A stretch of 37,335 nt of DNA from an uncultured Candidatus Bathyarchaeia archaeon (GCA_964647775.1 CAZYJH010000001.1:1-37335); one strand, 5' to 3'; numbered from the stretch's first letter, positions 25,409 through 34,654 are shown. Notes: generated by a model from the letters alone, not told the origin. Numbers and translations are program-made.

Positions 25409-25485
25409 GTTAGCGCATATGCTGCAGGTAGGAAAGGTGGGCAGAAGCTTAATAGAGTCTTCACTATATCCGATTTGACGAAAAC

Positions 25486-26103
25486 ATGAAACTTCTGAAA
25501 GCAACAAAAACCAACATTAAGGCGGCAGCCCAGATTGTAAGAAGCGGCGGCTTGGCTGTCTACCCAACCGAAACCGTATACGGGCTAGGCTGCGACCCCC
25601 TTAATGTTGAAGCTGTGAAGCGACTTATAGCCGTGAAGGGCCAACGAAACAAGCCTCTGCCAGTATTGGCATCTAGCATCGGCGACGCCGAAAAGATAGC
25701 CTTTATTTCTCTGAATGGGAAGCGGCTTGCCTCAAAGTTTTGGCCTGGACCTCTTACAATGGTTTTTCCTAAGAAGTCTGCGCTTCCAGATGTTGTCACC
25801 TTCGGCTGGGATTCTGTGGGCTTAAGAATACCAGACAATGATGTTGCTCTTGATTTGATTCGTTTGTCTGGCGGTCTTCTGGTGGGGTCAAGCGCCAACA
25901 TGTCAAGAGAAGAGCCTCCGCGGGCAGTTCAGGAAATGTCTGAAGATTTGAAGAGTATGGTGGATGTTGTTCTCGATGGTGGAGCCACCGCTCATGGGAT
26001 GCCGTCGACAGTGGCTGATTTGACTGCAAAAAAACTCCGAATCCTCCGGGAGGGTCCCGTAAGTCTTGAAGAGCTCTTAGATGCTTTAGCTCTTGGTGAC
26101 TAA
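25486..26103 (+). CDS. tsaC: L-threonylcarbamoyladenylate synthase, short YrdC/TsaC-type (no Sua5 C-terminal domain)
   Basis: VYPTETVYGLGCDP, KGQRNKPLPVL, SSANMS. At 205 aa it is the YrdC domain only. Confidence 0.9.
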   Translation: MKLLKATKTNIKAAAQIVRSGGLAVYPTETVYGLGCDPLNVEAVKRLIAVKGQRNKPLPVLASSIGDAEKIAFISLNGKRLASKFWPGPLTMVFPKKSALPDVVTFGWDSVGLRIPDNDVALDLIRLSGGLLVGSSANMSREEPPRAVQEMSEDLKSMVDVVLDGGATAHGMPSTVADLTAKKLRILREGPVSLEELLDALALGD

Positions 26104-26652
26104 CAGTGCCATGCGTTCAATCACCAAATCAGTTAGCGCCTCTTTTTCTAGCCCCTCTTTCTCTAGTTTAGACTCGAATTCATGGTCAGAAATCCTGAAC
26201 AGCTTCTTGATTTTCCCCATTTTTTCGTCTGTTAATTCTAGTGTGCTGTCGTCTCGTTCGCCGGGAACTGTTTCGGTGACTAGGCTTAAGCTGTCCGTTT
26301 TGTTGTAGCTGTTTTCTGGCATTATCAAAGCTGCCACTTCTGAAGTGTTCTGCTTGATTCCCAGCATCTTCACGGCTTTTGTTATCTGTCTTTGTGCAGA
26401 AGCGTAGAGGAGCGCCTCAACCGCCAAGTTGTTTGATATGTTTATGTTTTTGTTGAAGGCGTTCAGGGCATGTACGGCAGCAAAATACAGATGTTGGGGA
26501 CCTGCTACATGTTTTGCGTCGAAAAACTGGACAGCGGCTCCTGTGTTTGTTTTTTTGAAGTGTTCAAGGAAGGCGTTGATGTCGTCTATCTGGACGTTCC
26601 TGAAGCCAACTACTATGATTTGCATGTTTGTTTCTTCCGCTTTTTTGGTCAT
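26086..26652 (-). CDS. cgi121: KEOPS complex subunit Cgi121
   Basis: LLYASAQRQITKAVKMLGI resembles the archaeal Cgi121 block ASGQRQIHEAIKIIG. The alternative start MQIIVV at 26625 would remove the 4-nt overlap with the upstream gene. Confidence 0.8.
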   Translation of the reverse strand: MTKKAEETNMQIIVVGFRNVQIDDINAFLEHFKKTNTGAAVQFFDAKHVAGPQHLYFAAVHALNAFNKNINISNNLAVEALLYASAQRQITKAVKMLGIKQNTSEVAALIMPENSYNKTDSLSLVTETVPGERDDSTLELTDEKMGKIKKLFRISDHEFESKLEKEGLEKEALTDLVIERMALLVTKS

Positions 26653-27320
26653 GGTTCTTCCTCGGCAGCCTCTTTGATGAACAGTTCCGCAAGTTCCCTG
26701 TTTAGTCCGGAACTGATTAGTTTTTCTTTTGCAGCTTCAGCGGTTTGTCCTTCGGCTCTGAATTTTTTAACAATTTTTCTAACTGCCTCTTTTCGTTCCC
26801 ACGGGAAAACTATCCAGTGGCTTGTCTCTTTTTGGTAGTAATGCGGAACTGTGACACTCCATGGTTTGTAGTATATGGTGGCGATCCTGATTTCAGATGC
26901 GTCCTGATGTTTCAGGTGCAAGTTTACAAGTTTGAGGCTCTCGCCCGTGTCTGCCACATCGTCAACAACCAGAACCTTCTTGTCCTTAACTGAAAGAGAG
27001 ACTGGCTGCGTGATGCTGGGTTCCTGTTTTGTTTCGGCGACTCCCACATAATATTCTGTTGTCACATTCGCTAGTTTAGGATTCTCTAGCAGGTCCGACA
27101 TTATTCGCGCTGGAATACAGCCGCCTCTGGAAACCCCCACGATTACGTCAGGCTCAAAGCCGCTCCTTTGAACCGTCTCAGCAACTTTCAGCAGTAACCC
27201 GTAAACTTGATTCCATGAGGGAATATCAAACTCCAGTTTGTTCCCTGCGCTAGAAACTGGCTTTCTTGTGTTTGGTTCTTTCATTATTGTTTGGCTCCGA
27301 GAGCTAACTTGCCGGTTCAT
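26649..27320 (-). CDS. Purine phosphoribosyltransferase (COG2236-type), second paralogue
   Basis: KKVLVVDDVADTGESL PRPP loop, VIVGVSRGGCIPARIM, IVFPW. Confidence 0.85.
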   Translation of the reverse strand: MNRQVSSRSQTIMKEPNTRKPVSSAGNKLEFDIPSWNQVYGLLLKVAETVQRSGFEPDVIVGVSRGGCIPARIMSDLLENPKLANVTTEYYVGVAETKQEPSITQPVSLSVKDKKVLVVDDVADTGESLKLVNLHLKHQDASEIRIATIYYKPWSVTVPHYYQKETSHWIVFPWERKEAVRKIVKKFRAEGQTAEAAKEKLISSGLNRELAELFIKEAAEEEP

Positions 27321-27490
27321 GGGTTAGCTGGAATTGTTTGTCCATGCTGAGTTAAGGTTATCTAACGTTTGAGGTTTCTGTTTTATGTTTTTCAAGAGTC
27401 TTTCTTCAGCGGATATGTCTGATTCTGACTTATGTTTTTGGCTGTAATAACGATTATATCGCTTCGGAGGCGATTCAAACTTGAGGGTAG

Positions 27491-27676
27491 ATGATGGTAA
27501 CGTTGAAGAGCCTGCGGGAGAAAATTGAAATGCTGGAAAACGAGAAAAGTGAGCTTCTGGCAGAGGTAGAGCGGCTTAGAAAAGAAGCGGAAGGAAAAGC
27601 TGTTGCACTAGAATGCGAAGTGGCTGTGCTTCGAGAAGAAGCAGAGTCGCTGAAAAAGATGCTTGACACTTTCTAG
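27491..27676 (+). CDS. Small coiled-coil protein (hypothetical)
   Basis: GAGGGT just upstream of ATGATG. Heptad-like LREKIEMLENEKSELLAEVERLRKEAEGK...LREEAESLKKML. No homology recognised. Confidence 0.4.
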   Translation: MMVTLKSLREKIEMLENEKSELLAEVERLRKEAEGKAVALECEVAVLREEAESLKKMLDTF

Positions 27677-27687
27677 TTGCCGTAGAC

Positions 27688-28179
27688 TCAATTTCCTGTT
27701 TTCACAATTTTTGGGCGAATAAATTTAGCGCATTTGGGGCATCTGTGTCTAGAAAGAGTTCGCACCTTAGGGTAGCCGATAGATTCCAGATGCGTTTTTG
27801 ACATGGCTTCCTGCCATTGATTTTTGCATAGGGGACATTCAAGCAGTGTCGTTACTTCCTCGGTGACTGTGATTTTTTCTCTTCTCATGACCAGAATTGC
27901 GGAACCTGCTATAAGGCACACAATCCCTATGATCGTGCCGTGAAGGATTGTCACTTCCGTTCCAGAACCTAACAGTTCTGTCTCAAAACTTGAGGTTATC
28001 GCCGGGACCATATTAGCTGGGTTTGAGAAAACGCCTGCGTCCCACCATTTCCAAACAACGATAAGCAGCATCATGACTCCAAAGACGCCTAGTGCCCCAC
28101 CCAAGGCGTAGAAGCTCTTTTTCTTCAGAACTGTTAGTCCCATTCCCCATTCACCCTTTGTTCTCTGGGCGTGTTTCAC
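27688..28179 (-). CDS. Two-TM membrane protein with a C-terminal CxxC...CxxC zinc ribbon (hypothetical)
   Basis: Helices ALGGALGVFGVMMLLIVVW and IIGIVCLIAGSAILVM, then CPLCKN...CPKCAKF. Confidence 0.6.
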   Translation of the reverse strand: MKHAQRTKGEWGMGLTVLKKKSFYALGGALGVFGVMMLLIVVWKWWDAGVFSNPANMVPAITSSFETELLGSGTEVTILHGTIIGIVCLIAGSAILVMRREKITVTEEVTTLLECPLCKNQWQEAMSKTHLESIGYPKVRTLSRHRCPKCAKFIRPKIVKTGN

Positions 28180-28266
28180 TTATTTAATTTGTGACGTGAC
28201 AGCCCCTTTTTTGTTGAGAACCGCAGAAAATCTGGTCTAAGTCAGGAAGAGCTTTGGCTACAACCT

Positions 28267-29229
28267 TTAATCGAGTTTCTGGAGAGCCCTCAACCGCTTC
28301 ACAATGTTGGGGTGAGTGGAAAAGATTTCCATTACTCTGTCGAAGGCGTTTATTTTTCTTCGCAGAACCTCTTCAACAAGCTTCCTGTCGCCCATGCCGC
28401 TCCCTAAACTTGTTAATGCTGCAGAATCGACCTCTGACCTGTCTGGGTCGGAGATGAATAGCGCCTTGAAGGAATTTGAGCCACCTGTGTTGCGGCGGCT
28501 TCGTTTCACTCTGGTTGTCGAGTTCACAATTTTTGCCAATCCTTCAGAAAGTTTTCGGGGGCCATCCTCGACGATGGATGCGCTGTGGCGGTCAGCGTAG
28601 TATTCTCGTATTCGGCTTAGGTAGAGTGTGAAGAGGGTGAGTATCCAGTATAGGACGATGCTTATGAGTCCGATAACTACGGCTCCTCCGCTGTCTCTGC
28701 TGTCTCTGCGGCTGAACATGGAAGAGAGGAGCATCGAGTAGCCGATGAAGTAGAATATTGCTGGTAGAATGGAAACGAACATCATAACTTGGACGTCTCT
28801 ATGTTTCAGGTGACCCAACTCATGACCTATTACGGCTTCCACCTCTTCTGCTTCAAGGGTTTCCAGAAGTCCAGTTGTCACCGCAACTCTGCTTCCTGCG
28901 ATAGGTGAACTATAGGCGAAGGCGTTAGGTATCGACATTTGGGCTTTCATGAGTTTCGGAGTTTTGATTCTGCTTTTTTTGCTCAGTCGTTCAACCATCT
29001 CATGTAAAGCTGGATCCTCTGAAGCTTTGACTTCTTTCACTCGGTACATAGCGTCTATGATGTATGGGGCTATGAGCCACTGGACTACATTGAAGATGAC
29101 CACGATGAAGGGCAAAAGCAGCATATTAACGCCTGCTAAAGCCATAATGATTGTGAAGAAAAGCGTGGACAATCCAATAATGAGTGCTAAGGTTCCAATC
29201 AGGGAAAAACGAAGTTTCCATAAACTCAC
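28267..29229 (-). CDS. htpX: HtpX-type M48 zinc metalloprotease
   Basis: HELGHLKHRD zinc motif, four TM helices in the HtpX arrangement, and C-terminal STHPN. Confidence 0.9.
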   Translation of the reverse strand: MSLWKLRFSLIGTLALIIGLSTLFFTIIMALAGVNMLLLPFIVVIFNVVQWLIAPYIIDAMYRVKEVKASEDPALHEMVERLSKKSRIKTPKLMKAQMSIPNAFAYSSPIAGSRVAVTTGLLETLEAEEVEAVIGHELGHLKHRDVQVMMFVSILPAIFYFIGYSMLLSSMFSRRDSRDSGGAVVIGLISIVLYWILTLFTLYLSRIREYYADRHSASIVEDGPRKLSEGLAKIVNSTTRVKRSRRNTGGSNSFKALFISDPDRSEVDSAALTSLGSGMGDRKLVEEVLRRKINAFDRVMEIFSTHPNIVKRLRALQKLD

Positions 29230-29435
29230 GAAATTATCCTCGTAATGCTGAGCAATGAAGGCGGCTTATAACCATTTTGTTTTCTCATCTCCAGAGTTAA
29301 TACCATATTTTGAAGCTTTTGTTTGCAAGAGCAACATTAATAAGTGGAAAATAAATGAAGTCGGTATTCGCGTTTGGATTGTGCGTGCCGATAGTACTCT
29401 CTGAAATTCCATAATTAACCTAAGGACGTATTTGA

Positions 29436-30512
29436 TTGGAAAGGGATAGTTTAGATTCAAGTAAGAGGAGTTTTGTTCCAGATAACCTTATTCGCACCTT
29501 GGCAATTACTTTAGTTATACTACTTCATGCAGCAAATGCCACATTACAGGCGTCTTCTGTGCCAGAGGCTTACTGGTGGACTGCAGTTGTTTATAAAAGC
29601 TTAGCTCTACCTTGCGTTCCATTGTTTGTTATGTTAAGTGGTGCCTTATTACTTAAACGTACTAAACTCAATGAGCCAATAACAGTGTTTCTTAAGAAAC
29701 GGTTAAGGCGTATTGGATTTGCCGTTGTCTTTTGGAGTGCAGTTTATCTTACATGGAGTTTTTTCATAACCCAAACACCTGTTACTTTGTTTAATGTTGC
29801 GGAAGGCATACTTTTTAGCATATTTGGCGGCGCTTACTATCATTTTTGGTTTATTTATCTTATAGTTGGCATTTATTTGGTTACTCCAATTTTGAGAGTA
29901 ATAATAGCTGGTAGGCGGGAGGTTGTTCGCTACCTATGTTTGCTTTGGTTTATTGGCGTGGCAATAATTCCTCTTATAGAAATGGGTACTGGTCACACTT
30001 TAAACCCCATTACCTTTGTACTCAGCGGTTGGCTAGGCTACTTTGTTTTAGGATCATACTTGAAGAGGGTAAAGTTGCGGTCTGCCATATTGTATGCGCT
30101 ATTAATCATAAGTTTTGTTTGGACAGTATTTGGCAATTGGTTAATGAATTATCCCTTAGATTGTATGCAATGTAACAACTATTTTTTTGATTATCTATCA
30201 GCAAATATAATTATAGGGTCATTCGCTTTGTTTTTGATTCTATTGAAGTTCCATCGAGACTGGCCAGGAAAAAATCACACAACTCTTAGTCGCATTGTAA
30301 AAGCAATAAGCGCGAATACTTTACCCATTTTTCTGTTTCATATAATAATTTTAGAGTCATTTGAAAGGGGTTTCTTTGGTTTCACATTAAGCTTTGAAAC
30401 ACTAAATCCGATTATTGAAATTCCATTAATAACAGCACTAACGCTTTTCAGCACTCTTGGCTTAGTCCTATTACTGAAAAAAGTGCCTGTATTGAGGGCA
30501 CTCATCGGCTAA
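29436..30512 (+). CDS. Acyltransferase family 3 (AT3) membrane O-acyltransferase
   Basis: TTG start. About 10 TM helices. N-terminal LIRTLAITLVILLHA, with a conserved His in helix 1 typical of AT3. Confidence 0.8.
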   Translation: MERDSLDSSKRSFVPDNLIRTLAITLVILLHAANATLQASSVPEAYWWTAVVYKSLALPCVPLFVMLSGALLLKRTKLNEPITVFLKKRLRRIGFAVVFWSAVYLTWSFFITQTPVTLFNVAEGILFSIFGGAYYHFWFIYLIVGIYLVTPILRVIIAGRREVVRYLCLLWFIGVAIIPLIEMGTGHTLNPITFVLSGWLGYFVLGSYLKRVKLRSAILYALLIISFVWTVFGNWLMNYPLDCMQCNNYFFDYLSANIIIGSFALFLILLKFHRDWPGKNHTTLSRIVKAISANTLPIFLFHIIILESFERGFFGFTLSFETLNPIIEIPLITALTLFSTLGLVLLLKKVPVLRALIG

Positions 30513-30535
30513 AGGATGCAACAAAAAACTGTGAG

Positions 30536-31225
30536 TTAAGATGTTTCACTGGAAAGAATTGCATTGTAAACTTCGTTGGCTATGATTGTTGCGCCGTCGC
30601 TGTTAGGATGTACACCATCTGGAAAATACTCAGGATGGTTTTCCAATACCGCGTAAACATCGATAATACTCAAACCTTCCTGGTTTGCTATCTGCTCAAT
30701 ACGCGGGATTATCCCCTCAACCAAGTTCACGTTTTTTAGGTCAAACGCGTTATCGAAAATTGGGGGAGGTTTCACGAGAAAAATTTTTGGTTTACTTTCA
30801 AGCGCTTGAAGTTCATTGATTAGCAGGAGGTAGTCATGAACAAAATTGTCGATTGATTTGAAATGGTCTGCGCGGGCATCGTTAGTTCCAAGCATGACAA
30901 CAGCAATGTCAGGTAGAAAATGTTTCGTTAGTGTGAACTCAACTTGGTACATATATGGTTTTTCTGTGTTAAGCAACACTGTTGAACTGTTGGAACCGAA
31001 GTTTCTCACTGTGTAATTGGCTCCAAGGCTGGTCTGCAGCATGTTTGGATAACCACAATTCGTTATGCTGTCGCCGATACAGGCAACACGGACTATTTTG
31101 ACGCTGTTGCTGCTGTTTAGGCTGGTTTCAATAATTATTGCTGCGATACTCAAACTTACTAGCAGAACAATGATGTATGCTGCAGCTTTTTTTCTGTTTA
31201 TGCCGATTCCTTTTTGACTAGACAT
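30536..31225 (-). CDS. Secreted/anchored SGNH (GDSL-like) hydrolase
   Basis: N-terminal anchor AAAYIIVLLVSLSIAAIII. Block I ACIGDSIT, block III MLGTNDA, block V DGVHPN. Confidence 0.85.
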   Translation of the reverse strand: MSSQKGIGINRKKAAAYIIVLLVSLSIAAIIIETSLNSSNSVKIVRVACIGDSITNCGYPNMLQTSLGANYTVRNFGSNSSTVLLNTEKPYMYQVEFTLTKHFLPDIAVVMLGTNDARADHFKSIDNFVHDYLLLINELQALESKPKIFLVKPPPIFDNAFDLKNVNLVEGIIPRIEQIANQEGLSIIDVYAVLENHPEYFPDGVHPNSDGATIIANEVYNAILSSETS

Positions 31226-31572
31226 CTATTATTAAAGTCTATTCCCACTTAATCTAAAAAGATTTTGGCTCCAAAACCTGATGCATCTGAGCTGAACAGA
31301 TTTGAACTGTGCTACGTTTAAATATCAGGCAGTGAATGTATATTGTGTATTAAGATTTGCTCTCATTTTTTGAGGGGGAAACAGAACGTCTACCGAAAAA
31401 AGAACCGAGGACCTGAAATCTCAAATAGAGCTGCTGGAAAAGGAGCTTCTTCACTTGAAGGGAAGAAGAAGAGATGAAGCCAGAACAGAATATCTTAGGC
31501 TCCTGAAATCGTGTGGCAAAGAATTTGGCTTAGAAGAACCAATCTACCTTATGCGCTGCTAAAAAACAGGAC

Positions 31573-31785
31573 TCAGCCACGCCTTTTTCTTACGTAAACT
31601 GTTCTGAATCTGTCAACGTTGCTTCCGTAGCATCTTCTGCACCCCTCATTTAACTCGTCAAGGTTTACTGGTTCCAAGCGAACTTCGAAGCCTAACGTTT
31701 CGTATTCGTCAACAATCTCGCTTAATCTAGGTTCATCGATTGTGGTGCGTTTAACCCATCCTTTTTTCTTCAGTTCCTCAGACAT
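31573..31785 (-). CDS. Small hypothetical protein downstream of rtcA
   Basis: 70 aa with coding-like composition, on the same strand as rtcA and 80 nt downstream of it. No motif recognised. Confidence 0.5.
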   Translation of the reverse strand: MSEELKKKGWVKRTTIDEPRLSEIVDEYETLGFEVRLEPVNLDELNEGCRRCYGSNVDRFRTVYVRKRRG

Positions 31786-31865
31786 CAGCCAGATTTCTCC
31801 TGTTCTATGTTTAATGTAATCAGCTAAAGCTTCTTTCTGTCTGAAAACACGGTATCATTGGTAGT

Positions 31866-32900
31866 TCAGTTTTTCTTGATTTCATAGATGTCCCCAAGCT
31901 TCGTGACCTCAATTTTTGTGCCTAAAATTTTTTCAGCCAACCAAATGTTGGTGTCTATGTGGTCTGTAATCTTTCGTGTTATATATGTTGAGGTGCCCTT
32001 TGCCAGTGCAACGTAGGGCACAAGCATGTCCGCGAGGTGAACATCTACCGTAGCATGGACTTCAATTTCTTTTAACAGATTTTCTGCTGCTTCTCTGCCT
32101 ACAGCCTCGCTTTGCTTCCGCAGTTCGCCTATGGCGTCTCCTCCAAGTAGGGCGCCTTTGCTTGTTTTCGCCCATAATACCATGGAACTGCCCTTCTGAA
32201 GAGGATTAGAACTGTCATTAACGACACGAATCTCTGCGTCGTAACCGTGATTTCTAAGAACCATCAGGGCTGCTTCAGCTTGCCGCTCTGCAACCCTCTG
32301 TTTCTCTAAAAACGTGCAAACTGAAACGCCCACAATCTCGTCTATTTCGCCGAAATCCCTTATGGAAAGGGCACCGAGTTTGGAGCCATTGTTGACGTTC
32401 AGGATGACTTCGCCCATGCCCTTAGGATAGTACCCAAACCTTTTGACAGTTAAGGAAGCATGTAGCCCCATCCGCTCAAGCATGGGTAAGAGCACATGTT
32501 TCATGTAATTAATTGTGGGAGCGTGGCGAACGTCCGTGCCGCCATTAACAACATGAACTCTAACATCGCCCTTGGCGCAGGCGCAGATCGGCAGAACCGT
32601 CAAAAGCAGCATGGATATGCTTCCTGCAGTACCTATCTCAGCCTTCACTTCGCCGTTTACGATGCCGTTCGGCTTGAACCACAGCTCACGGGAACCCAGC
32701 TTTGCGCCTTCAGTTTCAGCGTTGCAGAGTTTCGCTGCGGTCAATACTGATTCGAGGTGCTGAGGGCGCAGTCCAGGCTGTCTGCGTTTATGGCGGATGT
32801 TGTAAATGTGCAGCGGTTCCTTTAGGATAGTTGCTAGGGCGATGGATAACCGTAATATTGTTCCGCTACCGCTTTTCTGGCTGCCGTCAATCTCCAACAT
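31866..32900 (-). CDS. rtcA: RNA 3'-terminal phosphate cyclase
   Basis: IDGSQKSGSGTILRLSIALA, RRQPGLRPQHL, and VDVHLADMLVPY (adenylylated His region). Confidence 0.92.
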   Translation of the reverse strand: MLEIDGSQKSGSGTILRLSIALATILKEPLHIYNIRHKRRQPGLRPQHLESVLTAAKLCNAETEGAKLGSRELWFKPNGIVNGEVKAEIGTAGSISMLLLTVLPICACAKGDVRVHVVNGGTDVRHAPTINYMKHVLLPMLERMGLHASLTVKRFGYYPKGMGEVILNVNNGSKLGALSIRDFGEIDEIVGVSVCTFLEKQRVAERQAEAALMVLRNHGYDAEIRVVNDSSNPLQKGSSMVLWAKTSKGALLGGDAIGELRKQSEAVGREAAENLLKEIEVHATVDVHLADMLVPYVALAKGTSTYITRKITDHIDTNIWLAEKILGTKIEVTKLGDIYEIKKN

Positions 32901-33045
32901 CTCTGGTCTACTGCCTATCTATGTTCAGCATCTATTTAATTCTAAAAAAGCTTGGCATTCCAGCTTCCGTAGCCAGTCAGCGCCTCTGAACATCAATAAC
33001 CTTTTTCTTTTAAGATTCCCTTAACATATACTGGGGGAACGTTTT

Positions 33046-33360
33046 TTGAGTTGGATTGAGGATTTAAAAAGGCTCCACTTCAAGCCGAAAGTTTCCATCA
33101 TAGAAATTAACGACTACATTCTGGAGCATCCGGAATGGGCTGCCTCGTTAATTAGAAACGCGTTAGGGTTCGAGATGTACAGGGAGTTTTGTTTGTGTTG
33201 CGAACATTTTGACAAATGTTGCGAAAAGTTGGGTTCCATCAAAAAGGAGGCAGGTTTAGGTTGTGTCTGCAACGAGTTCTTGAATCAAGAACACGCTGAA
33301 ACCAGTAATCCACGATTACATGCATACTTCAAAAAAGTTGTAGTGATGCTTAACCTCTGA
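33046..33360 (+). CDS. Cys-rich small hypothetical protein
   Basis: TTG start. Seven Cys lie within 27 residues (CLCCEHFDKCCEKLGSIKKEAGLGCVC). No family recognised. Confidence 0.4.
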   Translation: MSWIEDLKRLHFKPKVSIIEINDYILEHPEWAASLIRNALGFEMYREFCLCCEHFDKCCEKLGSIKKEAGLGCVCNEFLNQEHAETSNPRLHAYFKKVVVMLNL

Positions 33361-33466
33361 TGTTGACGCCGCGCTAGAGGAACAGTAGGGGCAAATTTGC
33401 GCTTCTCGGAGGGTCCCAAGAAAGTTTATTATATGCCTTAACAATTTCACATCTTGGTGAACCATT

Positions 33467-33907
33467 TTGATTAAAAAAATTCTAGTCGCAATCGATGGTT
33501 CCAAGCCATCACAACATGCATTAAATTTTGCGCTTGAATTAGCAGAAATAACCTCAGCTGAACTTGAGCTACTAACGGTCGCGCCACCAGTCTTTTTGTA
33601 TTCCCACTCCATTTCCGTGATTAAATCAGAAGCCATTGCAGACTGTGCCCGAGAACTAGAGACCTGCTTCATGGAAATACTGTCTAAGGCGCAGGAAGTC
33701 GTTAAAAAGAAAAAGCCTGAATTCAATGTAGCAACGCGGTTCGAGAAGGGGACTCCTGACGAAAAAATTGTTAACAGGGCGGAAAACGGCAAGTTTGACA
33801 TGATTGTCATGGGAAGCAGGGGCTTGGGTGGCAGAATGTCCGCTCTTGGGAGTGTCAGCTCCCGAGTTGTAGATAAAGCCTCATGCCCAGTGGTGATAGT
33901 AAAGTAG
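33467..33907 (+). CDS. Universal stress protein (UspA family)
   Basis: KKILVAIDGS, IVMGSRGLGG, GSVSSRVVDKASCPVVIVK. Confidence 0.88.
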   Translation: MIKKILVAIDGSKPSQHALNFALELAEITSAELELLTVAPPVFLYSHSISVIKSEAIADCARELETCFMEILSKAQEVVKKKKPEFNVATRFEKGTPDEKIVNRAENGKFDMIVMGSRGLGGRMSALGSVSSRVVDKASCPVVIVK

Positions 33908-34137
33908 GCTTTTCTTTCCGTTGTTCCCTTTTTGTCCTTAACGAAGGCATGTACCCGATTGAATAGGCCATAAAATCCATAGCAAACAAAAGTTGGTCAT
34001 TTGCATTTTTGGTTTGTGCGCCAGCATTTTGTTGTCTGCCGTAAACTGCAGAAAAGGTTTCTGTATAGACAGTGAATACTCTAAACATTACCGAGATAAG
34101 GACAAAACAAATGAGTAACATATTCTAAAACAGTTGT

Positions 34138-34533
34138 GTGGAGGCAATGTTAATGGGGGAAGAAAAGGTAAACATCCAAGAATTAGCCCGAAAAGTTGAT
34201 GAACTCCTCAGCTTGCTGAACGTAATCTCAGGGGACCTCGCCGAAGTTTCCAAGTCCCTTAAAGCAGTAACTCGTCCAGCCGCCGCTCCAGCGGTTTCTG
34301 CTGCGCCATCAGCGAAACATCGCGACATCAACGATGTTAAGCAAGCGTTTTCTTCAGAACTTGCGGGCATGTTGCTTTTTGAGGATATCGGAAAATTCAT
34401 TGTTGTGAAGCCGCGGAGGTTTCTGGGTTCTGACAATTTCGCTCGAATCGCGTCCATTATACGAGAGCTTGGAGGAGAATACGTCAGTGCAGGAAGAAAT
34501 TCCCACTTTAATGTCCCTAAAGAAGTGGGTTAA
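34138..34533 (+). CDS. Hypothetical protein (N-terminal helix, Ala/Pro linker, C-terminal alpha/beta domain)
   Basis: GTG start, with alternative ATGs at 34147 and 34153. No motif recognised. Confidence 0.5.
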   Translation: MEAMLMGEEKVNIQELARKVDELLSLLNVISGDLAEVSKSLKAVTRPAAAPAVSAAPSAKHRDINDVKQAFSSELAGMLLFEDIGKFIVVKPRRFLGSDNFARIASIIRELGGEYVSAGRNSHFNVPKEVG

Positions 34534-34535
34534 CA

Positions 34536-34583
34536 GAAAAAATACTGTTTTCAACAATCTTCTGTTATTAGGCTCCTAATATG
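34536..34583 (+). repeat. Copy B of the 48-nt conserved element (partner of 5370-5417)
   Basis: GAAAAAATACTGTTTTCAACAATCTTCTGTTATTAGGCTCCTAATATG is 44/48 identical to the reverse complement of copy A. It starts 2 nt after the stop at 34533 and ends 29 nt before the TTTAATAAAT box at 34613-34622. Confidence 0.9.
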
Positions 34584-34654
34584 AAAGGCAGGCTGAGTCG
34601 GCGTTAGAAATGTTTAATAAATCCAGTTACGCAAAAGGGGGTGAGTGAGCAGAA

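Noticed and set aside
29266-29460. 64-aa - strand ORF between htpX and the AT3 gene
   Set aside because: It lies in the divergent promoter spacer and overlaps the AT3 start. It has a low-complexity sequence and no RBS.
31495-31504. Third copy of the 48-nt element (TTAGGCTCCT matches its core)
   Set aside because: Only 10 nt match and the flanks diverge completely. This is within chance expectation for a window of this size.
31332-31562. Stop-codon recoding (GTG at 31332, in-frame TGA at 31371, then the coiled-coil-like frame)
   Set aside because: The 13 codons before the TGA are hydrophobic junk-like sequence, and no SECIS-like or other recoding signal is evident. Coincidence is the simpler explanation.
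33855-34121. 88-aa - strand ORF downstream of the USP gene
   Set aside because: It overlaps the USP 3' end in antisense, and I could recognise no motif or start context. I treat the 230-bp region as intergenic.
34641-34654. GTG 34641 as the uS19 start
   Set aside because: The GTG is embedded in the GGGGGTGA ribosome-binding motif. ATG 34655 gives the family-typical N-terminus (MPKKEF...) with about 10-nt spacing.
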